Assembly: GCA_035528375.1 (NCBI GenBank)
Contig: DATKYS010000118.1
Span: 7,824 to 71,823 of the forward strand
DNA: 64,000 nt
Origin: a bacterium
GTDB taxonomy: Bacteria > RBG-13-66-14
Direction of reading: 5' to 3'
The number at the start of each line of letters is the position of its first letter. The stretch's first letter is position 1. Under the pieces are notes generated by a model. That model saw nothing but the letters and a program-made list of their open reading frames with translations, had not been told where the DNA came from and ran no database searches. Below, one piece after another: positions 29,124-38,741 of this stretch. The position numbers were made by a program, and so were the translations under genes.

Positions 29124-29253
29124 CCGGTCGGCCAGGGCGTATCCGCTCCGCTCGAGGGCCTCCAACGGGCGGGCTATCCGGCGGGCGACGCTTTCAAGTC
29201 CGGTCTCCACGCTCCCTAGTCTACCAACCCCGGCGCATCCCGACAATGTTTCT

Positions 29254-29288
29254 AATAAATTGACAGTCGGGATTTTTTCCGCTAGATT
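29254..29288 (+). promoter_or_regulatory. candidate sigma70-type promoter for 29360 gene: TTGACA - 17 nt - TAGATT
   Basis: ttgacagtcgggattttttccgctagatt in an AT-rich island about 70 nt upstream of the ATG at 29360. Confidence 0.4.
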
Positions 29289-29359
29289 GTTGGTGGATTG
29301 GTACATTTTACGGCGTAGACCCTTTTGACATTTTTTATTTCAGACAAAGGAGCCCGTAA

Positions 29360-31882
29360 ATGAAGAAGCTGATGTTGGTCCTCATCCTCCTGACGCTGCC
29401 CCTGGCTGCGCTGGCCGAGTCCTGGACCGTCATGGTATGGCTCAACAACCAGAACAACCTGAAAACCTACGGCTGGGACGACGTCAACGAGATGGAGGAC
29501 TGCAACTACAGCGCCTACCCCGACGGGGTGGACGTTATCGTGATGGTTGGATGGGACCCCGACAACCAAACCAAGCTTTTCCACATAGAAACCGACCCCG
29601 GCGGCTACGCCTCGGGCGGCTACGGGGACATCGTCTCCACTGAGATCACCGGCCACGGCATCTGGACCGGCAACGTGGCCAACATGGACGATCCCCAAAT
29701 CTTCGAGAACTTCATCCAGTGGGTCACCGACAACTACCCCGCCGACAACTACCTCCTCGACGCCTGGGACCACGGCAGCGGCATCTTCCTGGAGGACGAG
29801 ACCAAGGACTGGATAGACCGCGGGATGTGCAGCAACCTGAAAATCTGGCAGATCGAGGAGGCCCTGGAGAACGTCGGCGAGTTCATAGACGTCATCGGCT
29901 TCGACGTCTGTCTGGGCGGGCAGATAGAGAACGGCTACCAGTATCTGGGCGACGTGGGCATCTGCATCTGCAGCGAGGACTCGGAACCCGGCGACGGGTG
30001 GGATTACCAGGCGTTCAACATTTTCGAGGAGGACTCGAGCGTCACCCCGGAGGAGATAGCCGCCCGCATCGTCAACGATTACCTGGACTTCTACGGTTCC
30101 GGCGTGACCCAGGCCGCCCAGAACGTGAAGAACTGGTCCACCGTCATGGAAGGCGATTGGGCGGACCTCTGCCAGTCGCTCTTCGACAACTGCTACACCT
30201 ACCAGGACCGGATAACCGTCGCCCGGAACTCCGCCGACTACTGGAACACGCCCGACGACCGCGACCTGTACCAGTTCGTGGAAGCCCTGGCGGGAGACGG
30301 TTCCCTGCCCGGCGATCTGCACACCAAGGCCGCGCAGGTCGTCGCCGACCTCGAGGACTACGTTCTCGCCGGCGGGATGCACAACCCCATTGACTCCGGC
30401 GACGGGATGGCCGTCTACTTCCCCGCGAACGGATCGGACCACCCGAACTGGGCCACCTACACCACCCTCATCAACTTCTCCGACACGCTGTGGGACGAAT
30501 TTTTGGAAATGTACGCCGATCCCTACCCCGTGCAGCCGGTTTCCATCGCCTTCGATTCCGTCGTCTACGACGATTCCGCAGGCGGCAACGGCGACGGAAA
30601 GCTCGACCCCGGCGAGGCGATTGAAGCGACCATAACCCTGCTCAACGACGGCACGGACACCGCGACGAGCGTCGCCGCCACCCTCATCATTGATGACGCC
30701 TACTTCACCGTCACGGATGCGTCCGGCGACTTCGGCCCCATCCCCCCCGGTGGAACCGCCTCCGACACGTTCAGGTTCAGCATCGGCAGCTTCTGCCCCG
30801 ACCACTACTACACCTACGCCGACCTGGCCATCACCGCCGACGGCGGCTACGCCACCGAGGCCACCTTCGGCATCGTCGTCGGGGTGGGCTTCGAGGACGA
30901 CGTGGAGTCGGGCGAGGACTTCTGGACCCACGGCGGCACCGGCGACCAGTGGCACGTCTCCACCGAGGACGCGCACTCCCCCACCCACTCCTGGAAGTGC
31001 GGAGACACCGGCTCCGGCGGCTACGGCAACGGCCAGAATTCCTGGATCAAGACCTGCCCCATCTTCGTGGACGCGGACCACGACGAGCTGAGCTTCTGGA
31101 CCAGATACGACATGGAATCGGGCTACGACTTCGTCTACCTCGACGTTTCGGTGGACGGGGGTGCCTGGGTCCAGAAGGACGTCTTCAGCGGGACGAACCT
31201 GGAATGGACCAGGAAGAGTTACGATTTCTCCCCCTACACGGACGATATCGTCGAGGTGCGGTTCCGCTTCTCCTCCGACGGCGGTCTTACCTTAGAGGGC
31301 TTCTACTTTGACGACGTCTGTGTGGAAGAGCAGACCTCGGACATCGGCTCCGTGGCCTTCTCCGGCGAGGCCGTGGACGAGGGGATCCTGCTCGCCTGGA
31401 GACCGGACAACCCGGCGGAAATCACGGGGGTGAACGTACTCCGCGAGGAAAAGGATGGCTACGTCCGGCTGAACGAAACTCCCCTGACCGGCGGACGCTA
31501 CCTGGACCTCGATGTCTCACCCGGTTCGAGCTACCGCTACGAGCTGGAGGCGCTGGGCGCCGACGGCTCCAGGAACTTGTACGGCCCCATCGAGGTGGCC
31601 GGTTCGGGCGCCGGGGCGCGGGTCACGAGACTGGAGCCGTGCTACCCCTGCCCGGCCGTAACCTTCACCACGGTTCCCTTCACCCTGGCCACCGACGGGT
31701 CCGTCCGGATAGACGTGTACGACCTGGCCGGCCGCCTGGTACAGACCGTCGCCCGCGGTGAATTCGCGGCGGGTCGCCACGAGGTCTCCTGGGGGACCGA
31801 CGGCGTCGCCAACGGCGTTTACCTGATCCGCCTGGCGGGCGGAGGGACGACGGCGACGCAGCGGGTAGTCGTCTCCCGGTAA
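29360..31882 (+). CDS. secreted clostripain-like (peptidase C11 family) cysteine protease with T9SS/FlgD-Ig-like C-terminal sorting domain
   Basis: Signal peptide. His/Cys dyad context LLDAWDHGSG and IGFDVCLGG typical of C11. C-terminal ~80 aa (VRIDVYDLAGRLVQTV...NGVYLIRLAGGGTTATQRVVV) matches the T9SS-type CTD and is shared with the 38913 gene. Confidence 0.6.
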   Translation: MKKLMLVLILLTLPLAALAESWTVMVWLNNQNNLKTYGWDDVNEMEDCNYSAYPDGVDVIVMVGWDPDNQTKLFHIETDPGGYASGGYGDIVSTEITGHGIWTGNVANMDDPQIFENFIQWVTDNYPADNYLLDAWDHGSGIFLEDETKDWIDRGMCSNLKIWQIEEALENVGEFIDVIGFDVCLGGQIENGYQYLGDVGICICSEDSEPGDGWDYQAFNIFEEDSSVTPEEIAARIVNDYLDFYGSGVTQAAQNVKNWSTVMEGDWADLCQSLFDNCYTYQDRITVARNSADYWNTPDDRDLYQFVEALAGDGSLPGDLHTKAAQVVADLEDYVLAGGMHNPIDSGDGMAVYFPANGSDHPNWATYTTLINFSDTLWDEFLEMYADPYPVQPVSIAFDSVVYDDSAGGNGDGKLDPGEAIEATITLLNDGTDTATSVAATLIIDDAYFTVTDASGDFGPIPPGGTASDTFRFSIGSFCPDHYYTYADLAITADGGYATEATFGIVVGVGFEDDVESGEDFWTHGGTGDQWHVSTEDAHSPTHSWKCGDTGSGGYGNGQNSWIKTCPIFVDADHDELSFWTRYDMESGYDFVYLDVSVDGGAWVQKDVFSGTNLEWTRKSYDFSPYTDDIVEVRFRFSSDGGLTLEGFYFDDVCVEEQTSDIGSVAFSGEAVDEGILLAWRPDNPAEITGVNVLREEKDGYVRLNETPLTGGRYLDLDVSPGSSYRYELEALGADGSRNLYGPIEVAGSGAGARVTRLEPCYPCPAVTFTTVPFTLATDGSVRIDVYDLAGRLVQTVARGEFAAGRHEVSWGTDGVANGVYLIRLAGGGTTATQRVVVSR

Positions 31883-31904
31883 GCGATTCCCCTACGCAAA
31901 CGAG

Positions 31905-31935
31905 GGGGACCCGCGGGTCCCCCTTTCCGCTGCGA
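31905..31935 (+). terminator. rho-independent terminator (GGGGGACCCG-CGGGUCCCCC then UUUCC)
   Basis: Perfect 10-bp GC palindrome immediately downstream of the C11 protease gene. Confidence 0.55.
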
Positions 31936-32040
31936 AGTTTTTTCCACCTCGCCTCTTCCGGCGAATTGACACGACGGGTGGGCCTTGGTAAGCTAGCGCC
32001 TCCCAAGGCCGAATACTAAAAAAACATCCGGGGTGAGAAA

Positions 32041-32550
32041 ATGAAGGTCGCTCTCTTCGTGGACGGCGTCAACATGTTCTACGCCCAGAAGAAGCTGGGC
32101 TGGCACCTGGACTATAAACGCATCCTCCACTACTTCATCCCCGATCCCGAGGACCTGTACAACGCCTTTTACTACACCGGCGTGCAGAACCCCACCGAAG
32201 CCAAGGAGGAAAACTTCCTCAACGCGCTGACCATGATGGGTTACACCGTGCGGCGCAAGAAGGTGAAGGTCATCTTCGACCTGGATTCCGGGGAGGAGAT
32301 ACGCAAGGCCAACCTTGACACCGAGATGGTCGTGGACATGTTCAACACGGTGGAGAACTACCAGCGCGCGATCATCTTCTCGGGCGACTCCGACTTCGAG
32401 CGGGCCCTGGAGCTGTTGCGCACCCGGGGCAAGGAGGTCATCGTCGTCTCGACCCGCGGGATGGTGGCCATCGAGCTCATCAACTCGGCGGACCGCTACT
32501 ACGACCTGCAGTACCTGCGCGAGGAGTTCGAGAAGCTGCCGGGCACCTAG
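32041..32550 (+). CDS. NYN-domain (LabA-like, PIN-like nuclease fold) protein
   Basis: MKVALFVDGVNMFYAQKKLGW...IIFSGDSDFERALELLRTRGKEVIVVS matches the NYN/LabA family pattern (acidic D-x-x-N and SGDSDF motifs). Confidence 0.7.
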   Translation: MKVALFVDGVNMFYAQKKLGWHLDYKRILHYFIPDPEDLYNAFYYTGVQNPTEAKEENFLNALTMMGYTVRRKKVKVIFDLDSGEEIRKANLDTEMVVDMFNTVENYQRAIIFSGDSDFERALELLRTRGKEVIVVSTRGMVAIELINSADRYYDLQYLREEFEKLPGT

Positions 32551-32567
32551 CCGGTCCGACCCGTGAA

Positions 32568-32593
32568 CGGCCATAAAAGAAAGGCGCTTCGGC
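32568..32593. terminator. bidirectional rho-independent terminator (AGGCGC-UUCG-GCGCCU with A/T-run flanks)
   Basis: UUCG tetraloop hairpin between convergent NYN gene (+) and ABC-2 permease (-). Confidence 0.6.
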
Positions 32594-32669
32594 GCCTTTT
32601 TCGCTGGCGGCCCGCGAAGGACCCCGGACACAAAACGACTCGCCTTCACGGGGTCGGTGTCCGCTCACA

Positions 32670-33404
32670 TCAGAGTATCCACCTGCGGCGGATGTTGCGC
32701 AGGCTCAGGAGGAAGAGGAGGGTACAGAAGCCGGCCAGGGCGGTGAAATCCAACCAGAGTGGGATGTAGGCCGCACCGCCCAGGCCGTCGCGCAGGGCGT
32801 CGACCCCATAGGTTACCGGCAGGGTGTAGGAAAGCGGCCGCAGCCAGCCGGGCAGACTGCTGAGCGGGATGAAGAGGCCGCAGAGAAAGACCATGGGGAA
32901 GCGCAGGAAGTTTGAGAAGGTTTGGGCCTCGAAGACCTCGCTCACGCTGACGGCGACGAAGAGGCCGACCAGGGCGGAACCGAAGGCGGTGAGGAGCACC
33001 GCAGGGACGACGACGAGCCATCGCACCGGACCGACGTCGGCCAGAAGCAGCCCTGCGGTCAACGGGACGGCGGAGTTTAGCACACCGAATAGGACCGCCC
33101 CACCCAGCTTGGCCAACATCAGCGTCTCCAAGGTAAGCGGGGCCATGAGCAGGCGGTCGAAGGAGGCGGACCTGCGCTCGAAGGTGATGGTGACGGCCAG
33201 CATCGAGGTGGTGCCGAAGAGCACGCTCATCGCCGTGACCCCCGGCAGAAGGTGGGCGATGTCCACATCGCCGCCGGAGCGCAGGAAGAACATGAGCGTC
33301 CAGGCCAGGGGGAAGATCAGGCCCCAGCTTATGTTAGGCGGTTTGAAGTAGTAGGCCCGCAGGTCCTTCCGCAGGACCGCCCAGAAAGCTACGGCCTCAG
33401 TCAC
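32670..33404 (-). CDS. ABC-2 family transporter permease
   Basis: 244 aa, 6 TM helices, ABC-2 type signature region. Overlaps upstream ATPase gene stop. Confidence 0.7.
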   Translation of the reverse strand: MTEAVAFWAVLRKDLRAYYFKPPNISWGLIFPLAWTLMFFLRSGGDVDIAHLLPGVTAMSVLFGTTSMLAVTITFERRSASFDRLLMAPLTLETLMLAKLGGAVLFGVLNSAVPLTAGLLLADVGPVRWLVVVPAVLLTAFGSALVGLFVAVSVSEVFEAQTFSNFLRFPMVFLCGLFIPLSSLPGWLRPLSYTLPVTYGVDALRDGLGGAAYIPLWLDFTALAGFCTLLFLLSLRNIRRRWIL

Positions 33405-34371
33405 GGCGACCTCCCTTCTCGAGTCGCAGCCGCCCGGCCTCGACGCCGGTGACCCGGACGAAGACCTCCTCCAGGCTCCGGCGTAACCGCTGCGCCTCGA
33501 GCAGCCTTCGGCCGTGCTCGGCGAGGAAGGCCGCCAGGGGCGTCAGGTCCATTTCGTCGGTGGAGTGCAGGCAAAGGCGGTTGCCCGCCCTGGACTCCCA
33601 TTCCAGACCGGGGAACCGCCTGCGCAGTTTCTCCACCAGACCCGCCGGCACGGTGTCCAGCTCCAGCTCCAGGCTGCGGCGCCCCCGCAGCTCCTCCAGT
33701 AGCTTGTCCACGGTGTCGCACCGCACGATACGCCCCTCGACGATGAAGGCCACCCGGTCGCAGAGGCGTTCGGCTTCTTCAATGTAGTGTGTGGTGAGGA
33801 AGATGGTCGTCCCCATCTGGGAGAGCCCGGAGAGGAGGCGGCGGATTTCACGGGCGTTGGGCACGTCGACGCCGGTGGTGGGCTCGTCTAAAAAGAGCAG
33901 CCTCGGCCTGTGGATGAGGGCGGCGGCGATGGCGAGCCGGCGGCCCATCCCGCGGGAGTAACCGGAGAAACGCCGGTCGGCGGCCTTCTCGAGGTCGAAG
34001 GCCGCCAGGAGCTCGCCGGCCCTGCGACGCCGCTCTTCACGCTCGACGCCGTAGAGGGCGGCGCAGAACTCCAGGTTGTCACGTCCGGTCAGCTCGGGGT
34101 AGAGGCTGCTCGTGTCGGGCACGACGCCGAAAAGGTGCTGGGCGGCCTTGATGCGCCTTGTGTATTCCTCCCCATAATAATGAATGCGCCCGGCGTCGGG
34201 TCGCGCCAGGCCGGTGAGCATCTTTATTGTGGTCGTCTTGCCGGCGCCGTTGGGCCCCAGAAAACCGAAGACCTCTCCGGGGAACACGTCGAAATCCGCG
34301 CCGTCGACGGCGGTAACGTCGCCGAAGCGTTTGACGAGGCCCCGGACCCGGACTGCGGGGACGTCAGTCAT
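33397..34371 (-). CDS. ABC transporter ATP-binding protein
   Basis: Walker A GFLGPNGAGKTT, signature LSGGMxR-like YSRGMGRRLAIA, Walker B LLFLDEPTTGVD. Start set to ATG overlapping the upstream stop (ATGA). Confidence 0.8.
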   Translation of the reverse strand: MTDVPAVRVRGLVKRFGDVTAVDGADFDVFPGEVFGFLGPNGAGKTTTIKMLTGLARPDAGRIHYYGEEYTRRIKAAQHLFGVVPDTSSLYPELTGRDNLEFCAALYGVEREERRRRAGELLAAFDLEKAADRRFSGYSRGMGRRLAIAAALIHRPRLLFLDEPTTGVDVPNAREIRRLLSGLSQMGTTIFLTTHYIEEAERLCDRVAFIVEGRIVRCDTVDKLLEELRGRRSLELELDTVPAGLVEKLRRRFPGLEWESRAGNRLCLHSTDEMDLTPLAAFLAEHGRRLLEAQRLRRSLEEVFVRVTGVEAGRLRLEKGGRRD

Positions 34372-35462
34372 CGGACGGGTTCCGGCTCCACCGACTCGAG
34401 ACCCGTCCGGGGCGGTCGGCCCGTGTACGGATCCAGCCCCAGGTAGTCCAGCACCTCGCGCAGGGTGAAACCGGGCAGGCTGCACCGGATTCTCGTGGTC
34501 GCCTTCCACTTAGGCCCCTCCTGGGAACGGGCCGCGGCCAGCGCCTCCTCGATCAGCGCGCGCTCGCTCTCGGAAAGACCCGCGAAGGGATCGTCCAGGG
34601 TCTCCGCCTCCGGCTCCTCTCCGGCGAGGGACTCGCCCTCCAGGCTGCGTTTCTCCTCCGCCTGCGTCAGCTCCGTCTCCAGAATCTCGTAGACGACGCG
34701 CTCGGCGAACTGCAGGTACTCGCCCAGTTTGACCTCGGACACCAGGGGGGCGTCCTCCAGGGGGGGAGGACCGAGCTCAATCCGTTCGTCCAGGAGCGCG
34801 GCCAGCTCACCCGGTGCGCGGCGCTCGGCCTCCATCTCCGCCGCCCCGACGTCGCGCTCGGCCGTCCGGGGGTCCTGGTAGGCCATCTGTTTCTCGTACT
34901 CCAGAACCCAATCCACGTCGTAGGAACGGTCCAGCTCGCGGTCGAAGACGACGTCCACGGCGTCCAGGGAGTCGGAGCCGACCTGCGCGCAGTACCCACG
35001 CAGCTTCACCGCCGTGGCGTACCGGAAGCCTTCTTCCATAACGAGGTTCCGATCTAACTGGTCCAGCACCATCTCGCCCAGCCGGTCCCACTCGAAGACG
35101 TCCCCCGAAGGGAAAAGGGCGACCAGCTCATCGAGCACCCGGCAGCCGTCGGAGCACTTCCCCTGGTCCAGCAAAAGGGTGCTCCAGAGCAGGAGCAGGT
35201 CGTCCTTGTGCTCCCCGTCGTTGTAGGTGTAGGCGAAGGTGACCAGGGTCAAGGCCCCCTCGTAATCGCCCTCCCGGTAAGCCTCCTCGGCCAGGCCCAG
35301 CAGGCGCTCCGTCTCGGCGTCGGAGAGGTTCCCGAAGAAGACGGTGGCGGTCACGTCCCCGTAAACCCCCACCGTTTTGACGTTCAACACAACGGCCAGC
35401 ACCGCGGCCCCCAGTGTGACGACCACCAGAATCACGATGATGAGGGTGCGTTTTCCGGCCAT
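34368..35462 (-). CDS. membrane-anchored hypothetical protein with acidic C-terminal region, first gene of ABC exporter operon
   Basis: N-terminal TM (LIIVILVVVTLGAAVLAVVL), no recognisable domain. Translationally coupled to the ABC ATPase. Confidence 0.45.
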   Translation of the reverse strand: MAGKRTLIIVILVVVTLGAAVLAVVLNVKTVGVYGDVTATVFFGNLSDAETERLLGLAEEAYREGDYEGALTLVTFAYTYNDGEHKDDLLLLWSTLLLDQGKCSDGCRVLDELVALFPSGDVFEWDRLGEMVLDQLDRNLVMEEGFRYATAVKLRGYCAQVGSDSLDAVDVVFDRELDRSYDVDWVLEYEKQMAYQDPRTAERDVGAAEMEAERRAPGELAALLDERIELGPPPLEDAPLVSEVKLGEYLQFAERVVYEILETELTQAEEKRSLEGESLAGEEPEAETLDDPFAGLSESERALIEEALAAARSQEGPKWKATTRIRCSLPGFTLREVLDYLGLDPYTGRPPRTGLESVEPEPVR

Positions 35463-35558
35463 TTTACCCGCGCTTTGACCCGTCGTTTATACCGTTGCAT
35501 AATCTACCAGACCGGAGGGGGAGGGGTCAACTCGGAAACGGACGGGGGACGGACGCCG

Positions 35559-37982
35559 ATGGGCACCGATGACGGACAGCTCTACGTCGAGGTCGCGCTG
35601 AACCTGGAGCTCCGGCGGACCCTCACCTACTCCCTGCCGCCGGGGATGCGGGCCGAACCGGGCGCGCGGGTTCACGTTCCGCTCCGGGGCGCGACAGCCC
35701 TGGGTTTCGTCGTGGAAGTCCTTGACCAACCACCGGGGGGAATGGACCCCGCCGCGATCCAGCCCGTGAAAGGGGTGTTGGACGACCGGTCGCTCTTCGA
35801 CGAAAAGCGGCTCACCCTGGGCCGCTGGCTGGCCGATTACTACTCGGAGCCCCCGGGCGTCACGCTGGACGCCATGCTCCCCGTCGGGTCCCGCACGCGC
35901 CGGATGTACGGCTACGGCCCGACCGGGCCGCCACTGGACCTGGGGGGGACCGTCGCCGAAATCTGGAATCGGCTCCAGGACGGCCCCATCAACAGACGCA
36001 GGTTGATCCACGGTCTGGGGAAGGGGGCGGGGGCGGAGTTGGACCGCCTGGTCGCCGAGGGCCATCTGCGTACCTGGGACGAGCCGGCGGCGCCGCCGGT
36101 CACCGCGAAGGAGGGCCTCGCCGTCCGATTGATCGCCGACCCGCCGGAGCTGGGGGATTTTGGGAAAAAGTCACCCGCCGGGGCCCGCGCCCTGGCGTAC
36201 CTCATCTCCCACACCGCGGGCCGGGACGCCGTCTGGGCCGCCGACGCCTGCCGGTCGGCCGAGGTCGGCTACTCCACCCTCCACGCCCTGGAAAAGAAAA
36301 AACTGGTGGAGCTCTTCCCCGTGGAGCGGTTGGATGAGGGGGACCCCGCCCCGCCGCCGCGCCACCGGCTCACCGACGAGCAGGACCGGGCCCTGGAGAG
36401 GATTACCGCCTCGCTGGGCGGCTACAGCGCCTTCCTCCTCGACGGCGTGACCGGCTCCGGGAAGACCGAGGTTTACCTCCGGGCGACGGAGGCGTGCCTG
36501 GCCGGGGACCGGAGCGTCATCGTGCTGGTGCCCGAGATAGCCCTGACGGCCCAACTGATGCGCCTGTTCCGCCGGTGGTTCGGGGACGGGGTCGCCCTGT
36601 TGCACTCGCGGCAGGGGTTCGCCCAGCGCCGCTCGGAGTGGCTGCGTCTTTACGAGGGAAAGGCCAGGGTGGCCCTGGGGCCGCGCTCCGCCGTGTTCGC
36701 CCCGGTGAGGAACCTCGGCCTGGTGGTGATGGACGAGGAGCACGAGGACGCCTACAAGCAGCAGGAGCAGCCCCGGTACCACGCCCGGGAGGTCGCGGCC
36801 AAGCGGTGCCGGATCGAGGGGGCGACACTGGTGCTGGGCAGCGCCACCCCCAGCGTCTGGACGGCACAGTTGGTTCTGGAGGAGAGGATCGAGCGGCTCC
36901 GGCTCACGGAGCGGGTGGACGGGGCGAGCTTCCCCACGGTCCAACTGGTGGACGTGCGCGGCCGGCCCCGCGACCAGCTCGTGCCGACCGAGCTACTGGA
37001 GGCGCTCAACCACGAGATAGGGAAGGGGCGGCAGGCGATAATCCTCCTCAACCGCCGCGGTTTCGCCACACAGGTCCGGTGTGAGACCTGCGGCTACATC
37101 CCCCTCTGCCCGGGCTGCGGCATACCCCTTGTGCTCCACGAGCCGGGCGGCGAGCTGCGCTGCCACCACTGCGGGCACCGGGAGGTCAAACCGAAGGCAT
37201 GCCCCTCCTGCGGCGATCCGGACGCCCTGGGGATATTCGGCGCGGGCACCCAGCGGGTGGAACATGAGCTGGTCCGCCAGCTTCCCTTCGCCCGGGTGGT
37301 CCGGCTGGACACGGACGCCGCGACCGGGGCCGCGGGCCACGAGAAGGTGCTCTCCCGCTTCGCCTCCGGTCAGGCCGATATCCTGTTGGGCACGCAGATG
37401 GTGGCCAAGGGGCTGCACTTCCCGAAAGTGACGCTGGTGGGCGTCCTGCGGGCCGACGCCGGACTGGCCGTCCCCGATTTCCGCGCCGCCGAGCGAACCT
37501 TCAACCTTCTCTCCCAGGTCATCGGCCGGGCCGGACGGGGGGTCTGGCCGGGGAGGGCGATTCTGGCCGCCCACGCGCCCGAGCACTACGCCGTACGGGC
37601 CGCGGTTCGGAGCGATTACGACCTCTTCCTCACCGAGGAGCTGAGGCAGCGCCGCATCGGCAACTGGCCCCCCTTCGTCCGCCTGGCTTCGCTCGTATTC
37701 TCGGCGGAGAAGCCGGACGCCGCCCTGGCAACGGCGGAGAAAACGAAACACGCCGTCCTGTCCGCATTCGTGGAGAGCGGCTACGACGAGCGGCTGGTGC
37801 AGCTCCTCGGCCCGGCCCCGGCGCCGTTGCAGCGGCTGGCGGGGCGCTGGCGGTTCCAGCTTCTGGTCAAGGCCTCAAGCGGGGCGGCGCTCTCCCGGGG
37901 GGTGGAGACGGCCTTGCGGACGGGTGGGGGCGGCGGCGCGGTACGGCTGACCGTGGACGTGGACCCGGTATCCCTGATGTAG
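35559..37982 (+). CDS. priA: primosomal protein N' (replication restart helicase PriA)
   Basis: Walker A GVTGSGKTEVYL, DEEH box and Cys4 zinc-binding cluster CETCGY...CPGCG...CHHCGH...CPSCG. Start at ATG 35559. Confidence 0.85.
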   Translation: MGTDDGQLYVEVALNLELRRTLTYSLPPGMRAEPGARVHVPLRGATALGFVVEVLDQPPGGMDPAAIQPVKGVLDDRSLFDEKRLTLGRWLADYYSEPPGVTLDAMLPVGSRTRRMYGYGPTGPPLDLGGTVAEIWNRLQDGPINRRRLIHGLGKGAGAELDRLVAEGHLRTWDEPAAPPVTAKEGLAVRLIADPPELGDFGKKSPAGARALAYLISHTAGRDAVWAADACRSAEVGYSTLHALEKKKLVELFPVERLDEGDPAPPPRHRLTDEQDRALERITASLGGYSAFLLDGVTGSGKTEVYLRATEACLAGDRSVIVLVPEIALTAQLMRLFRRWFGDGVALLHSRQGFAQRRSEWLRLYEGKARVALGPRSAVFAPVRNLGLVVMDEEHEDAYKQQEQPRYHAREVAAKRCRIEGATLVLGSATPSVWTAQLVLEERIERLRLTERVDGASFPTVQLVDVRGRPRDQLVPTELLEALNHEIGKGRQAIILLNRRGFATQVRCETCGYIPLCPGCGIPLVLHEPGGELRCHHCGHREVKPKACPSCGDPDALGIFGAGTQRVEHELVRQLPFARVVRLDTDAATGAAGHEKVLSRFASGQADILLGTQMVAKGLHFPKVTLVGVLRADAGLAVPDFRAAERTFNLLSQVIGRAGRGVWPGRAILAAHAPEHYAVRAAVRSDYDLFLTEELRQRRIGNWPPFVRLASLVFSAEKPDAALATAEKTKHAVLSAFVESGYDERLVQLLGPAPAPLQRLAGRWRFQLLVKASSGAALSRGVETALRTGGGGGAVRLTVDVDPVSLM

Positions 37983-38045
37983 CGCCTTGACCGGTGGACG
38001 AGCCGCCGGTATACTTGGGGCGCGTCCACAGTCCACCGAGGAATT

Positions 38046-38564
38046 TTGATGAAGAGCCCCTTCGACCGCATCCGAGAGCGTCTGGCGGCAATTATGGCCG
38101 CGCCGTCGCGGATATTCGGCATCCGCGGCCTGACCCTCATCGAGCTGATGATCGTCCTGGCCATCATCGCCATCCTCATCGCCATCGCCGTGCCCAACAT
38201 CATTGACTACATCTCCGACGCCAACCGTACCGCCTGCATCACCAACCAGTCGAACCTAGAGGTCGAGATAGCGCGGTACAAGTCCACCCACCCCGGCGCC
38301 CGGATAGGCCCGGCCGGGGCGCGGCTCTCCGACCCCAACGCCCACCCCAACGCCCAGGAGCTGATGGCCAACTCCTCCAACCCGGAAAACATCCGCCGGA
38401 TGCTCACCTGTCCCGAGGCCGGGCAGGACGGCTCGGCGCCCGGCTACCACTACGCCTATTCCGACGACCAGGGGCACATCGAGTGCGCCATGGACAACGC
38501 GGGATTAGTGCGCGCCGAGGGCGCTGACTTCAACCACGACCGCTTCAACGTTGGAGAAGAGTAG
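38046..38564 (+). CDS. prepilin-type N-terminal cleavage/methylation domain protein (type IV pilin/pseudopilin-like)
   Basis: G-LTLIELMIVLAIIAILIAIAVPN class III signal region. Unusually long leader and Leu instead of Phe at +1. Confidence 0.7.
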   Translation: MMKSPFDRIRERLAAIMAAPSRIFGIRGLTLIELMIVLAIIAILIAIAVPNIIDYISDANRTACITNQSNLEVEIARYKSTHPGARIGPAGARLSDPNAHPNAQELMANSSNPENIRRMLTCPEAGQDGSAPGYHYAYSDDQGHIECAMDNAGLVRAEGADFNHDRFNVGEE

Positions 38565-38709
38565 CCTTTCTGTGGCTTCACTTCACCCTTTTTCTCTCCC
38601 GCTCATACCGTTAATTTTCCCTGCCATGCTCCGGGACAAGAATATCGGGCGCTGACACCCCTCTTTAGCCTGAATCCCGGGCAAAACGACACCCTCGCCT
38701 CATCATTAG

Positions 38710-38741
38710 AATTTCGTGATATTGAGGTCTATAATCCGCGC
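38710..38741 (+). promoter_or_regulatory. candidate promoter with perfect TATAAT -10 (38736-38741) and TTAGAA -35-like, heading a ~170-nt leader upstream of 38913
   Basis: ttagaatttcgtgatattgaggtctataat in a 348-bp relatively AT-rich intergenic region. Confidence 0.4.

Noticed and set aside
25755-29219. 1154-aa + strand ORF (and many other 100-400-aa ORFs on the opposite strand of annotated genes, e.g. 171..1076 -, 1170..2084 -, 2115..2906 -, 9872..11020 -, 10798..11961 -, 21437..22330 -, 35208.. frame extension, 53630..54994 +, 55391..56650 +, 61032..62657 -)
   Set aside because: These are Arg/Gly/Pro-rich, low-complexity translations. They lie antisense to genes with clear family signatures (recG, GT4, htrA, MscS, aminotransferase, rsmB etc.). 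Long stop-free antisense frames are expected at ~70% GC.
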